Under the pieces are notes generated by a model, which was not told the DNA's origin, searched no databases, and worked only from the letters and a program-made list of their open reading frames with translations. Both the position numbers and the translations under genes were made by a program. DNA of 64,000 nucleotides, taken from positions 56,070 to 120,069 of the forward strand of contig NZ_JBELZM010000001.1 in assembly GCF_040273735.1 (NCBI RefSeq), in the 5' to 3' direction. Every line of letters begins with the position of its first letter. Within the stretch, counting starts at the first letter, position 1. Source of the stretch: Solibacillus sp. GTDB lineage: Bacteria > Bacillota > Bacilli > Bacillales_A > Planococcaceae. Below are positions 9,923-18,554 of this stretch, piece by piece.

Positions 9923-10548
9923 TGGATCTTAATCAAAAATTTACTCCACAAACTTGGCCGAAACACCCTGAACAAGCTACTTTAGAAGGGAAAAACAAGT
10001 TAGTTGGACTTTGGATTTTCCTGGCATCGGATACAGTATTATTCGCGAGTGTATTTGCTACATATATCGCGCTTAAAGATAGCGGTCCGGCAGGGATGGA
10101 ATTCTCGGCAAAGGAACTTTATGAATTACCGTTGGCGTTTGTGATGACAATGTTATTATTAACATCTTCATTAACTTCTGTATATGCTATGTACCATATG
10201 AGAAACTTTAACTATTCCGGTGTTCGTACTTGGATGGGGATTACAGTTTTATTAGGGTTAGGCTTCCTTGCACTGGAAATCTATGAATTCCAGCACTATA
10301 TACACATCGGGTTTGGTTATACACAATCGGCATTCTCTTCTGCGTTCTTTACGCTCGTAGGGATGCACGGTTTGCACGTTATTATCGGTTTGGTTTGGAT
10401 TACCGGATTAATCATCCGCAATAGTGGCCGTGGATTGAACTTATACAATGCACCGAAGTTCTTTGCAGCTTCACTGTACTGGCACTTCATCGACGTTGTA
10501 TGGGTATTCATTTTCACGGTAGTCTATCTGATGGGAGTGGTTGGATAA
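9922..10548 (+). CDS. ctaE: Cytochrome c oxidase subunit III
   Basis: 208-aa membrane protein in the conserved position. Its ATG overlaps the ctaD stop. Confidence 0.93.
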   Translation: MDLNQKFTPQTWPKHPEQATLEGKNKLVGLWIFLASDTVLFASVFATYIALKDSGPAGMEFSAKELYELPLAFVMTMLLLTSSLTSVYAMYHMRNFNYSGVRTWMGITVLLGLGFLALEIYEFQHYIHIGFGYTQSAFSSAFFTLVGMHGLHVIIGLVWITGLIIRNSGRGLNLYNAPKFFAASLYWHFIDVVWVFIFTVVYLMGVVG

Positions 10549-10549
10549 A

Positions 10550-10897
10550 ATGGGACACGAAACTCATGTAGAAGTACGTACTCAGGCACAATTCGAATAT
10601 GACAGAGAACATGCCAAAGCGCATATGCGTAAACAAGTAGTAAACTTTGCGATCATGATTTTCCTGACTTTTATCGCATTTGCCGCTGTACTGGCTGACT
10701 TTGCTCCAACATTTATCATTCCGATTATTTTATTATTGGCTGGAGTACAAGTAGTACTGCAACTTTATGCTTTTATGCACTTGGAAGATCGCACAACACA
10801 TATGGTTGGTGTAATTGAGTTCTTCATCTGGAGTGCAGCCTTCATCGCGTTCACGTTCTTCCTGGCGTTTACAACAATTATTTGGTGGGGTAATTAA
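10550..10897 (+). CDS. ctaF: Cytochrome c oxidase subunit IV
   Basis: Small 3-TM protein directly after ctaE. The start could be the ATG at 10550 or the TTG at 10541. Confidence 0.85.
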   Translation: MGHETHVEVRTQAQFEYDREHAKAHMRKQVVNFAIMIFLTFIAFAAVLADFAPTFIIPIILLLAGVQVVLQLYAFMHLEDRTTHMVGVIEFFIWSAAFIAFTFFLAFTTIIWWGN

Positions 10898-11227
10898 GCG
10901 CATAACAATTGACGTCCTTAGCAAATGCTGGGGGCGTTTTTTGTTATTAACGAATGTTTGCAGAGTGAGTTATATAGCCACATATTTATCGGAACGACTA
11001 CCGATGCATTCGGAAAGCGTCCGCCCGCAATGGAAATTAATGGTGTTAATTGGGTGGGAAGGTTGACTTAGCTTCATTTTAAATAATGTACGGTCTAACC
11101 TGTATGCAAAATACATGTTTGATTCAAGCAATTGTCATAGTTCTTTCATTGATGTTGGAGAAAATGCCATCTATAATAAAGTGAAAGTACAATTAGTGGG
11201 GGGGCTTCATTCCCCAATAAATTAGAA

Positions 11228-11304
11228 GGAACACAAACTAAGACCGTCACGTCCTGTGACAACGCTTGTGTGACCAACATCATGTTGGCCCGAACCGATC
11301 GGGC
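11228..11304 (+). repeat. Copy A of a dispersed structured element (8-bp outer stem enclosing a tcac-GTCCT-gtga hairpin)
   Basis: Core tcacgtcctgtgacaacgcttgtgtgaccaa is shared with copies at 26406-26514 and 53801-53897. The outer stem is 11231-38 paired with 11264-71. Confidence 0.6.
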
Positions 11305-11456
11305 TTTTACAGGTAGTTGATCTCCTTGCCTCTCCTTTTCGCCCTGCTTAAGTAAAGAGACGGAAGTTTTGCCTCTGTCGCTTCGCTTTCAAGGCAGATA
11401 AATTACTACACGTTAATGCGGGATAAAATTAATGATGTTTAAAGGAGCATAATCAT

Positions 11457-12368
11457 ATGCCAATAAGTATATTCGGTTTTCAAGCATTATGGAGCCCATA
11501 TTTATTCGGGTGTTTACTACTTGTAACGGCTTTCTATTTTTTACTGACTGTTACATGGCGAGAAAAGTTTAAATTGAGTGAACCGTTAAAGAAAAGCGAA
11601 GCAACTTATTTTGTACTAGGAATCATTTCTTTTTATATAATTAAAGGATCTCCAATTGATTTGCTTGGTCATATTATGTTTACGATGCATATGACGCAAA
11701 TGGCATTTTTATTATTATTAGTGCCGATATTCTTTATAAAAGGAATTCCCTGGTGGGTTTGGAAAGTGATTGTGGAAGCACCGGTTATGCGAACGATTTT
11801 TAAAATCTTCACAAAACCGCTCGTTTCTATTATCGTCTTTATTGGCTTATTTTCGGTCTATCATTTACCATCTGTATTTGACACGATTAAATTAAACGAA
11901 TTATACCACCTGGCTTATACAGCGATTTTATTTATTTCTGCTATTTTCATGTACTGGCCATTATTGAATAATGTGGATGGGCAGCATGAAATGAAGAATA
12001 TGACTAAATTGGCGTATATTGCCTCAAATGCGGTGTTGATAACACCAGCCTGTGCGCTTATTATATTTGCTTCGAGCCCGATGTACGGTACATACAGTGA
12101 TAGTGACATGTGGCTGAAGGCGATGGAATTATGTGTTCCTTCCTCTACATTATCAGGACTTACATTATCTGGTCCGGAATTGTTCTCTAGTATGGATTTA
12201 TTAAGTGATCAGCAAGTCGGCGGCGTATTGATGAAAATTATTCAGGAAATTATATTTGGCGTTATTTTGTTTAAAATTTTCCGTAAGTGGTGGAATACAG
12301 AGCGTTCGAATCAGCAGGAAATTACGGATAATGCTTTGAAAGAGTTTCAAAATAGAACGCAGTACTAA
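11457..12368 (+). CDS. ctaG: Cytochrome c oxidase assembly factor CtaG (caa3-type)
   Basis: 303-aa polytopic membrane protein in the ctaG position, with an AAAGGAG Shine-Dalgarno sequence upstream. Confidence 0.85.
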   Translation: MPISIFGFQALWSPYLFGCLLLVTAFYFLLTVTWREKFKLSEPLKKSEATYFVLGIISFYIIKGSPIDLLGHIMFTMHMTQMAFLLLLVPIFFIKGIPWWVWKVIVEAPVMRTIFKIFTKPLVSIIVFIGLFSVYHLPSVFDTIKLNELYHLAYTAILFISAIFMYWPLLNNVDGQHEMKNMTKLAYIASNAVLITPACALIIFASSPMYGTYSDSDMWLKAMELCVPSSTLSGLTLSGPELFSSMDLLSDQQVGGVLMKIIQEIIFGVILFKIFRKWWNTERSNQQEITDNALKEFQNRTQY

Positions 12369-12448
12369 TAAAATGATAAACTGTTTACAATTGGAGCAAT
12401 CAACATACTGGTGTTGTTCATATTGATAGATTAAGTAAGATTGGAGAT

Positions 12449-12916
12449 TTGAAAATGAATTTACCTATATTACCCACAATAAGCACAGCGTTTATTGTAA
12501 TTAGTGCAGTGCTCGTAGCAATTGGCTGGGTATTGATCGCAAAGAGGAATGTGGAAGCACATAGAAAAGTAATGATGGCAGCGGGTGTATCGGCACTGGC
12601 ATTCTTTATCATTTATGTATCACGAACAGTGTTTATTGGTAATACGGCCTTCGGTGGACCGGATGAGCTGAAAATATATTATACGATCTTTTTAGTATTC
12701 CATATTACATTAGCGACTGTTGGGGCAGTATTTGGACTGACAAGCTTGATTTCAGGCTTTAAATCAAAGCTGAAATTACACCGCCGTATTGGTGCAATTA
12801 CAAGTATTATCTGGTTCTTCGTAGCAATTACCGGTGTTATTGTATATTCACTGCTTTATGTTATTTATGAAGGCGGCGAAACAACGTCTGTCTTTAAAGC
12901 AATTTTAGGATTTTAA
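12449..12916 (+). CDS. DUF420-like 4-TM membrane protein
   Basis: 155 aa with four hydrophobic helices. I remember this family as often linked to ctaG in Bacillales. Confidence 0.65.
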   Translation: MKMNLPILPTISTAFIVISAVLVAIGWVLIAKRNVEAHRKVMMAAGVSALAFFIIYVSRTVFIGNTAFGGPDELKIYYTIFLVFHITLATVGAVFGLTSLISGFKSKLKLHRRIGAITSIIWFFVAITGVIVYSLLYVIYEGGETTSVFKAILGF

Positions 12917-12923
12917 ATTTTAA

Positions 12924-12956
12924 GGCTTCCTATATTTTGATATAGGGAGCTTTTTT
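12924..12956 (+). terminator. Rho-independent terminator
   Basis: gcttcctata/tatagggagc stem followed by T6. Confidence 0.6.
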
Positions 12957-12963
12957 GGCAAAT

Positions 12964-12994
12964 AAAAAAAGCTGGGTTGGGTTGCCAGCTTTTA
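12964..12994 (-). terminator. Terminator for the convergent ylbA-like gene
   Basis: agctgg/ccagct stem flanked by an A-run on the plus strand, which reads as a T-run on the minus strand. Confidence 0.55.
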
Positions 12995-13000
12995 AAGGGA

Positions 13001-13357
13001 TTAAATACCGTATGCTGATAGCTCTCTGCGAACATCTGCCAGTACTTTTTCGCATTCTTTTACAAGATGTCCTGGGAATACCTCATCTGTGTATTCAACA
13101 CCATGTGGATAATAGTATTTTCCAATTGCAGGTTTGTTGATATTTAAAGTTGCATTATGTGCACCTACATCACCTGAGACTGCATTACAAAAAACACGTA
13201 AATAAAAACGACCTTCACGTACATCATAGCAGCGGTCAAATGTCATTCGGTCATAGTCCCATGCACCGTGGCACTCTAAACCGAATTTGCCCATTACTGT
13301 CGTTAAAACTTCTTGATCAACTTTAACATGTTCGAGTTGTGTGTTTTCAAAATACAT
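13001..13357 (-). CDS. ylbA: YugN/YlbA-like small protein
   Basis: The ATG at 13357 is preceded by AGGGAGGA. The upstream 29 codons in the track have no Shine-Dalgarno sequence. The call rests on size, position and a remembered family resemblance. Confidence 0.65.
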   Translation of the reverse strand: MYFENTQLEHVKVDQEVLTTVMGKFGLECHGAWDYDRMTFDRCYDVREGRFYLRVFCNAVSGDVGAHNATLNINKPAIGKYYYPHGVEYTDEVFPGHLVKECEKVLADVRRELSAYGI

Positions 13358-13505
13358 TTCTTTATCCTCCCTTTGCCTATCGTACATAAGTTTACGGTCA
13401 ATTCTAATAATAGAACAAAATGGTAATTGATGCAATGACAACATTGTGTCATAGCGTCCAAAATTGGTATAATTATACTACCTAAAATAACGGTGGAGGA
13501 TTTTA

Positions 13506-14552
13506 ATGAAAGTTTTATTTCGCATATTAATTATTGCAACTTGTATCGGGATTGTCGTTTATTTTTCAAATGAAGAATCCTCTCAGACAGAATTATTGGA
13601 AGGACCGCCTAGCATTTCGAAACCTTTAGTCGAACTGGAACCTTCCATGCCGACTGAACAGTATCTTCCGCGACCAGCTACAGGTATTTCTACATTAATA
13701 GGAAAAACATCGAAGGACGTATTGGAAACATACAGTACTCCAAAGCGAATCGATCCATCGGAATATGGGTATGAATGGTGGATTTACGATACAGACAATG
13801 GCCTGTTAATGGTCAGTATGAAGGAAGATCGAGTAAATCAGATTTATACAAATAACAGTGAATTTGATATAGCACCGTTTGTAATCGGAGAGCAATTGGA
13901 CGATATTTATCGTACAACAGTATTAGGGCAGGAAATAACAGTTGAACTTGAGGAGAATATTTATATATTTGCAATGAATGAACAAGATTTACATGATCGT
14001 ATTCTAGTAAAATATGATAATCTGTATGCGCAATTATACATAGATCACGAAACGAATCAATTATACAGTATCCGTTTTCTGGATGGGGAAACACTCGTAT
14101 TACATAAGCCGTATGAAATGCAATTTATAGGGGAGCTCTTTGAAACAAGTACTCCTTCCAGCTATATGCAAATTGATATTAATTTGGCGAACCGGAGACA
14201 ATTGACGGATTTGGCAAATTCCTTGCGTGTACAAAATGGATTGCCTACTTTACTCCCTTCTGATACGCTTGCTTCCTTGGCGGATTATAATAGTGAACAT
14301 ATGTTTTTAGAAATGATGGATTCTCAAGTGACAGATGAATATAAGATTGAAGACCAGTTAAATGAAGTGCAGCAGAGCTATGAGCAGCATGGTGTCAATG
14401 TGGCAACAAATTATAAAGATGCCATTGAGGTAATTCATGGCTGGATGAACTCGAAAGAACATCGTACATTACTTACGGATGAGGAATTTACGCATATCGG
14501 TTCAGGAGCTTTTATGAATTACTATACACAGTTGTATGTGAAACAGAAATAA
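13506..14552 (+). CDS. ylbC: Membrane-anchored CAP/SCP-domain protein (YlbC-like)
   Basis: N-terminal TM segment and a C-terminal CAP-like segment (NSEHM...HGWMNSKEHRTLL...IGSG). Length matches B. subtilis YlbC at about 346 aa. Confidence 0.7.
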   Translation: MKVLFRILIIATCIGIVVYFSNEESSQTELLEGPPSISKPLVELEPSMPTEQYLPRPATGISTLIGKTSKDVLETYSTPKRIDPSEYGYEWWIYDTDNGLLMVSMKEDRVNQIYTNNSEFDIAPFVIGEQLDDIYRTTVLGQEITVELEENIYIFAMNEQDLHDRILVKYDNLYAQLYIDHETNQLYSIRFLDGETLVLHKPYEMQFIGELFETSTPSSYMQIDINLANRRQLTDLANSLRVQNGLPTLLPSDTLASLADYNSEHMFLEMMDSQVTDEYKIEDQLNEVQQSYEQHGVNVATNYKDAIEVIHGWMNSKEHRTLLTDEEFTHIGSGAFMNYYTQLYVKQK

Positions 14553-14566
14553 AAAAATTAAAAATA

Positions 14567-14596
14567 AAACGCTGCGATATGTAGCGTTTTTTTTTT
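14567..14596 (+). terminator. Rho-independent terminator after ylbC
   Basis: acgct/agcgt stem followed by T10. Confidence 0.65.
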
Positions 14597-14627
14597 GTCT
14601 TCATAAAGTATGGTAAGGAGTGAAACC

Positions 14628-16109
14628 GTGCAAATTGGAGAATTGATTAAAGATTGGCCGTGCACTATGAAGGGCTCCATTAGAGTGGAAATAAAACGAG
14701 TGGAAGACGATGCGAATCTTATTTTACCTGGAGATGCTTTTATCGCCAGGAAGGGAAATAAGTCGAGTGGTATTTCGTATATTGATAGCGCTTTGGAGAA
14801 AGGCGCAGCAGCAATTGTAGTAGATGATGAAAATTACTTTAATGAAGCCGATTTACCTGTACCGATTATTTGGGTACCGAATTGTTTGAGTTTTATTGCC
14901 TATGCAAGTGCAAAAATTTATAATTTCCCCGCAGAAGCATTAACCGTGATTGCGGTAACAGGTACAAACGGCAAAACAACTGTTACGCATTTTATCGGAC
15001 AAATTCTAAACCAGTTGGATAAGCGTACTATGGTAATCGGTACGAACGGTGTTTTTATAGACCAGGAAAAATGTTATCCGGAAATGGAAGCATTGACAAC
15101 ATTACAGGCGAAAAATATTCAATTTTTGTTTAAAGAAGCAATCCGTCTTGATGTACCTTACGTTGTTCTGGAAGCTTCGTCCATTGGTCTGGAAAAGCAC
15201 CGTCTGGATCATTGTGATATTGATATCGGTATTTTCTTGAATGTGACAGAAGATCACATTGAAGACCATGGTAGTTTTGAACGCTACAAACTATCCAAAC
15301 AGATTTTATCGACCTTGGCGAAAAAAAATATTATAAACAGTGATGACAGTGTTTGTCGTTCCATTGGTTTAGCGACAAAAGGCAAGCGTATTTTTTTCGG
15401 CAAGGGGAGCCATGTCGACTACTTTTTCCAAACGCTAGTTGACGGACCAGCATCAACAACTTGTTGTATTCAACATAAGAAAGAGAAGCATATAGTGCAC
15501 ATCCCGTTAGTGGGAGACTATCAATGCAGCAACGTACTTGCAGCGATAAGCTGTGTTGCGCAGCTTGATTTTCCGTTAAGTGATGTATGCAATACAATCG
15601 GAAATCTAGTTTTGCCTGAAGGTCGGTTTGAGCACGTGAAAAATCAGTTAGGCTTATCGATCGTCGTCGATTATGCCCATACACCGGATGCGATGAAAAT
15701 GATTTTGCAAACACTAAAAAAACATACAAAGCATCGGTTAATTGTAATGTTTAGTTGCGGTGGTAACCGAGACAAGGCAAAACGGCCAAAAATGGGAATG
15801 ATCGCATCGATTTATGCGGATTATATTATTTTAACGACAGATAATGCACGAAATGAAAATCCCCAGCAGATCAATAAGCAGATTCGTGAAGGTTTTTCTT
15901 CTTCACAGGAGTATATTGAGTGCCTCAACCGAAAAGAAGCGATCGAGCATGCACTTAATTATGCGGAAGAAGGCGATACAATCGTTCTGCTAGGAAAAGG
16001 TCATGAGAAAACACAGCAAATTGGAGAAAAGCAAAAATACTTTTCCGATTTAGTATTTGTTCGTGAAATGGTAAGACAATTGGAAAAACGCCGGTTGAAC
16101 AATCATTGA
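14628..16109 (+). CDS. murE: UDP-N-acetylmuramoyl-L-alanyl-D-glutamate ligase, MurE family (amino-acid specificity uncertain)
   Basis: Mur ligase P-loop VTGTNGKTT, a DH..HG motif, GKGHE near the C-terminus, and DNAR at the position of the DNPR motif. The GTG at 14628 lies 7 nt after AAGGAG. Confidence 0.85.
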   Translation: MQIGELIKDWPCTMKGSIRVEIKRVEDDANLILPGDAFIARKGNKSSGISYIDSALEKGAAAIVVDDENYFNEADLPVPIIWVPNCLSFIAYASAKIYNFPAEALTVIAVTGTNGKTTVTHFIGQILNQLDKRTMVIGTNGVFIDQEKCYPEMEALTTLQAKNIQFLFKEAIRLDVPYVVLEASSIGLEKHRLDHCDIDIGIFLNVTEDHIEDHGSFERYKLSKQILSTLAKKNIINSDDSVCRSIGLATKGKRIFFGKGSHVDYFFQTLVDGPASTTCCIQHKKEKHIVHIPLVGDYQCSNVLAAISCVAQLDFPLSDVCNTIGNLVLPEGRFEHVKNQLGLSIVVDYAHTPDAMKMILQTLKKHTKHRLIVMFSCGGNRDKAKRPKMGMIASIYADYIILTTDNARNENPQQINKQIREGFSSSQEYIECLNRKEAIEHALNYAEEGDTIVLLGKGHEKTQQIGEKQKYFSDLVFVREMVRQLEKRRLNNH

Positions 16110-16157
16110 TTTTCCCTTCAATTCTGTTATGATAAAGTGAGATTGGAGGAATAAACA

Positions 16158-16604
16158 ATGCTCATGACTTCTGATTGGGTTTTTATTTTAGATGAGGTCG
16201 ATGAATTAAATGCGATGATCCTTTCCTCTGAGCAAGCCGAAAACCTTCGACTTGCGAAAAAGGCAGTATACGAGGATGCGGAATTAAGCGCACAAATTAT
16301 GGCCTTTCAACGATTAAAAGACCAATATGAGGATGTACAACGCTTTGGCAAATATCATCCTGATTACAATATAATTATGAAAAAAATTCGAACAGAAAAG
16401 CGTCTGATCGATATGAATGAACAAATTGCGGCACTTAAAGTGGCGGAAAATGATTTTCAGGATTTACTTGATGAAATCAGCCTGCTCATTGGTCATTCCG
16501 TTTCGGAAGCTGTAAAAGTTCCGGTAAGCAATCCGTTCTTTGCGAGCAGCTCTTCTTGTGGCAGCGGTTGCGGTACTGGCGGCGGTTGTTCGTGTTCAGC
16601 TTAA
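16158..16604 (+). CDS. ylbF: YlbF (YlbF/YmcA family regulator, RNase Y Y-complex component)
   Basis: QRFGKYHPDY core and a Cys/Gly-rich C-terminal tail (SCGSGCGTGGGCSCS), as in B. subtilis YlbF. Confidence 0.85.
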   Translation: MLMTSDWVFILDEVDELNAMILSSEQAENLRLAKKAVYEDAELSAQIMAFQRLKDQYEDVQRFGKYHPDYNIIMKKIRTEKRLIDMNEQIAALKVAENDFQDLLDEISLLIGHSVSEAVKVPVSNPFFASSSSCGSGCGTGGGCSCSA

Positions 16605-16610
16605 TGTAAT

Positions 16611-16642
16611 AAAAAAGCTCCCGAAAATTTCGGGAGCTTTTA
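16611..16642. terminator. Bidirectional terminator between ylbF and the convergent GDPD gene
   Basis: Perfect agctcccgaaa/tttcgggagct hairpin flanked by A-runs and T-runs. Confidence 0.75.
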
Positions 16643-16646
16643 TTTG

Positions 16647-17555
16647 TTATTGCGATACTTTTTGGATGAGTACTTCTGCGATATCCGGGCGGTTTGTCAC
16701 GATTCCCATTGCCCCTTGCCGGATGACACGGTTCATTGTTACGAGATCATCAATGTCGCTGTAAATCGTCGGTACATTAAGTTCAGATAAAAACTTAACA
16801 AATCGCGGTGAATCGTAATTGAAAACACCTTGTTTTAATGGAACGATGAACAAGTCCACTTTTGGGTGATACAAATGACCGAATTGACTTGTAAATGAAG
16901 TCATCGCCTTTTTAATGTCGCCTTCACCGGCACCGAGAGCGATGCGGTTTTGCGCATATAAGTTGAAGCGGTCGATCTGTTCGCTATACGGACTTGTAAC
17001 AATTACTTGGTATTGAATATTTAATTCTTCGATTAAACGCCATAGTTTAGAAGGCATTAAACTACCTTCATATGTGTCTGGGCTATCTTGAATGTTTACG
17101 ATAAATAGTTTATCCGGATAAGTTTCGATTAATTGGCGTAATGTCACGGCCAGTATATGCTGTTCTCTGTATGGGAAAGCACCTTCTAAATCTTCAAAGT
17201 TATAGCCGATATTCAGTTCTTTTAACTGTTCAAATGTAAAGTCTTTAATAAAGCCAGAGCCATTTGTTGTGCGGTCTACCGTTGCATCATGAAAAGCGAT
17301 AATTTCTTCATCTTTTGAAAGGCGGACACTTACTGTAAAGCCATCCACACCGATTTCCGCTGCTTGTTCAAAAGCAAGTAACGAATGTTCAGGTGCCAGA
17401 CCCGCGCCTCCATGTTGTGCGATAATAATTGGACGTTCAAATTGTAATGCTTCTTTTGATTCACGTTTTTGCGGCTTTGAAATCGCTTTTGTTCCTGCCC
17501 ATGCCGCCGCACTAGCCGCCGCGATTGCTAAAGCTACTTTTGTTTTCTTACCCAT
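16647..17555 (-). CDS. Membrane-anchored glycerophosphodiester phosphodiesterase family protein
   Basis: N-terminal hydrophobic anchor followed by a GDPD signature (AQHGG...PEHSLLAFEQA...DGF..SVRLSKD...AFHD). Confidence 0.85.
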   Translation of the reverse strand: MGKKTKVALAIAAASAAAWAGTKAISKPQKRESKEALQFERPIIIAQHGGAGLAPEHSLLAFEQAAEIGVDGFTVSVRLSKDEEIIAFHDATVDRTTNGSGFIKDFTFEQLKELNIGYNFEDLEGAFPYREQHILAVTLRQLIETYPDKLFIVNIQDSPDTYEGSLMPSKLWRLIEELNIQYQVIVTSPYSEQIDRFNLYAQNRIALGAGEGDIKKAMTSFTSQFGHLYHPKVDLFIVPLKQGVFNYDSPRFVKFLSELNVPTIYSDIDDLVTMNRVIRQGAMGIVTNRPDIAEVLIQKVSQ

Positions 17556-17831
17556 TAAATTCGTCCTCCTCTAACCGTACATTGTTTCGCTGAAAGCTAT
17601 GTGCAATAAATGAGTTTAAAAAGCTTAAAATAGTATGAAGTGTATATCTCACTCTACTATTCTCCATTATAACGGAAAAGAAGTGGAACTGTCTAAACTC
17701 TGTTGCTAACAATTTGCACATTTGGTATGCTTTTAGTGAAAAAGACGGCTTGAAACTGAGGGAATTTACAGGAATTTGTTGCATGATTTAGCTGAATATA
17801 AATTTTTTTATGAAGAAACGGGGAGTTTTCC

Positions 17832-18104
17832 ATGAATGAAAGACAAGGTTTAATTATATACGTTCATCAATTAAAACATGCGAAGTCGTTAAGAAAGTAT
17901 GGTCACGTAAATTTCATCTCCAGGAGATTAAAATATGTTGTGATTTATTGTAATCGAGACGAAATCGAAACATTAAAAAATAAAATACAACGCCTTCCGT
18001 TTGTGAAAGACGTTGTTGAATCATACCGTCCATTTGTTAAAAACGAATTTGAAAATGCAAAGCCGGATAAAGCAAAAGAATATGATTATAAAATAGGTTT
18101 ATAA
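17832..18104 (+). CDS. ylbG: UPF0298/DUF2129 protein YlbG
   Basis: 90-aa protein with the RKYG.V.Y.S.R..Y...Y signature, in the conserved position. Confidence 0.85.
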   Translation: MNERQGLIIYVHQLKHAKSLRKYGHVNFISRRLKYVVIYCNRDEIETLKNKIQRLPFVKDVVESYRPFVKNEFENAKPDKAKEYDYKIGL

Positions 18105-18111
18105 TTTTTAC

Positions 18112-18501
18112 TTATTGCATCGGTGGTATGTAACGATTTAATCTCAAAATACCAATTAAGTATTGATAATATTGATTTTTTTCCGAAAAGACAGATGAGT
18201 GTTTAATTTCAAGAATGTTTTCTTGCTGCTTAACATCTTGAATCGTTTGTTTAAATATCTCAATTCGCTTTGACAGTTTTTCCTCGCTATATGGAATCCC
18301 TTCGCGGCAAATATATATTGGCATGAATTTGCTTTCACCTGATGGTTTAAAAGCCACCGCTAGTGAAGCGACTGTATTGCCATCCTGAGTTGCAGTGAAA
18401 ATAAATGCATTATGGAATCGATGCTCATTTGTTTTGACCAGTTCGCAAAGCTCATATATATCGCCATAGCCTTGACCGAGTTCGATAAATTGTTGAATCA
18501 T
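18112..18501 (-). CDS. Hypothetical cytoplasmic protein, 129 aa
   Basis: Uninterrupted ORF with coding-like composition. It resembles a conserved Bacillaceae protein of unknown function that I cannot name with certainty. Confidence 0.55.
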   Translation of the reverse strand: MIQQFIELGQGYGDIYELCELVKTNEHRFHNAFIFTATQDGNTVASLAVAFKPSGESKFMPIYICREGIPYSEEKLSKRIEIFKQTIQDVKQQENILEIKHSSVFSEKNQYYQYLIGILRLNRYIPPMQ

Positions 18502-18554
18502 TTTTTAGCACATCCTTTCTTTATAATAGTAACATGATGCAGGAGGTCAGGCAC

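Noticed and set aside
10815-11066. 83-aa ORF on the plus strand overlapping the ctaF 3' end
   Set aside because: It is an alternative frame of ctaF that continues through the ctaF terminator region and has no start context.
15331-15729. 132-aa ORF on the minus strand
   Set aside because: It is antisense to murE and shows no family resemblance.
17548-17784. 78-aa ORF on the minus strand upstream of the GDPD gene
   Set aside because: It occupies the divergent promoter region between the GDPD gene and ylbG, has no Shine-Dalgarno sequence, and overlaps the GDPD start.
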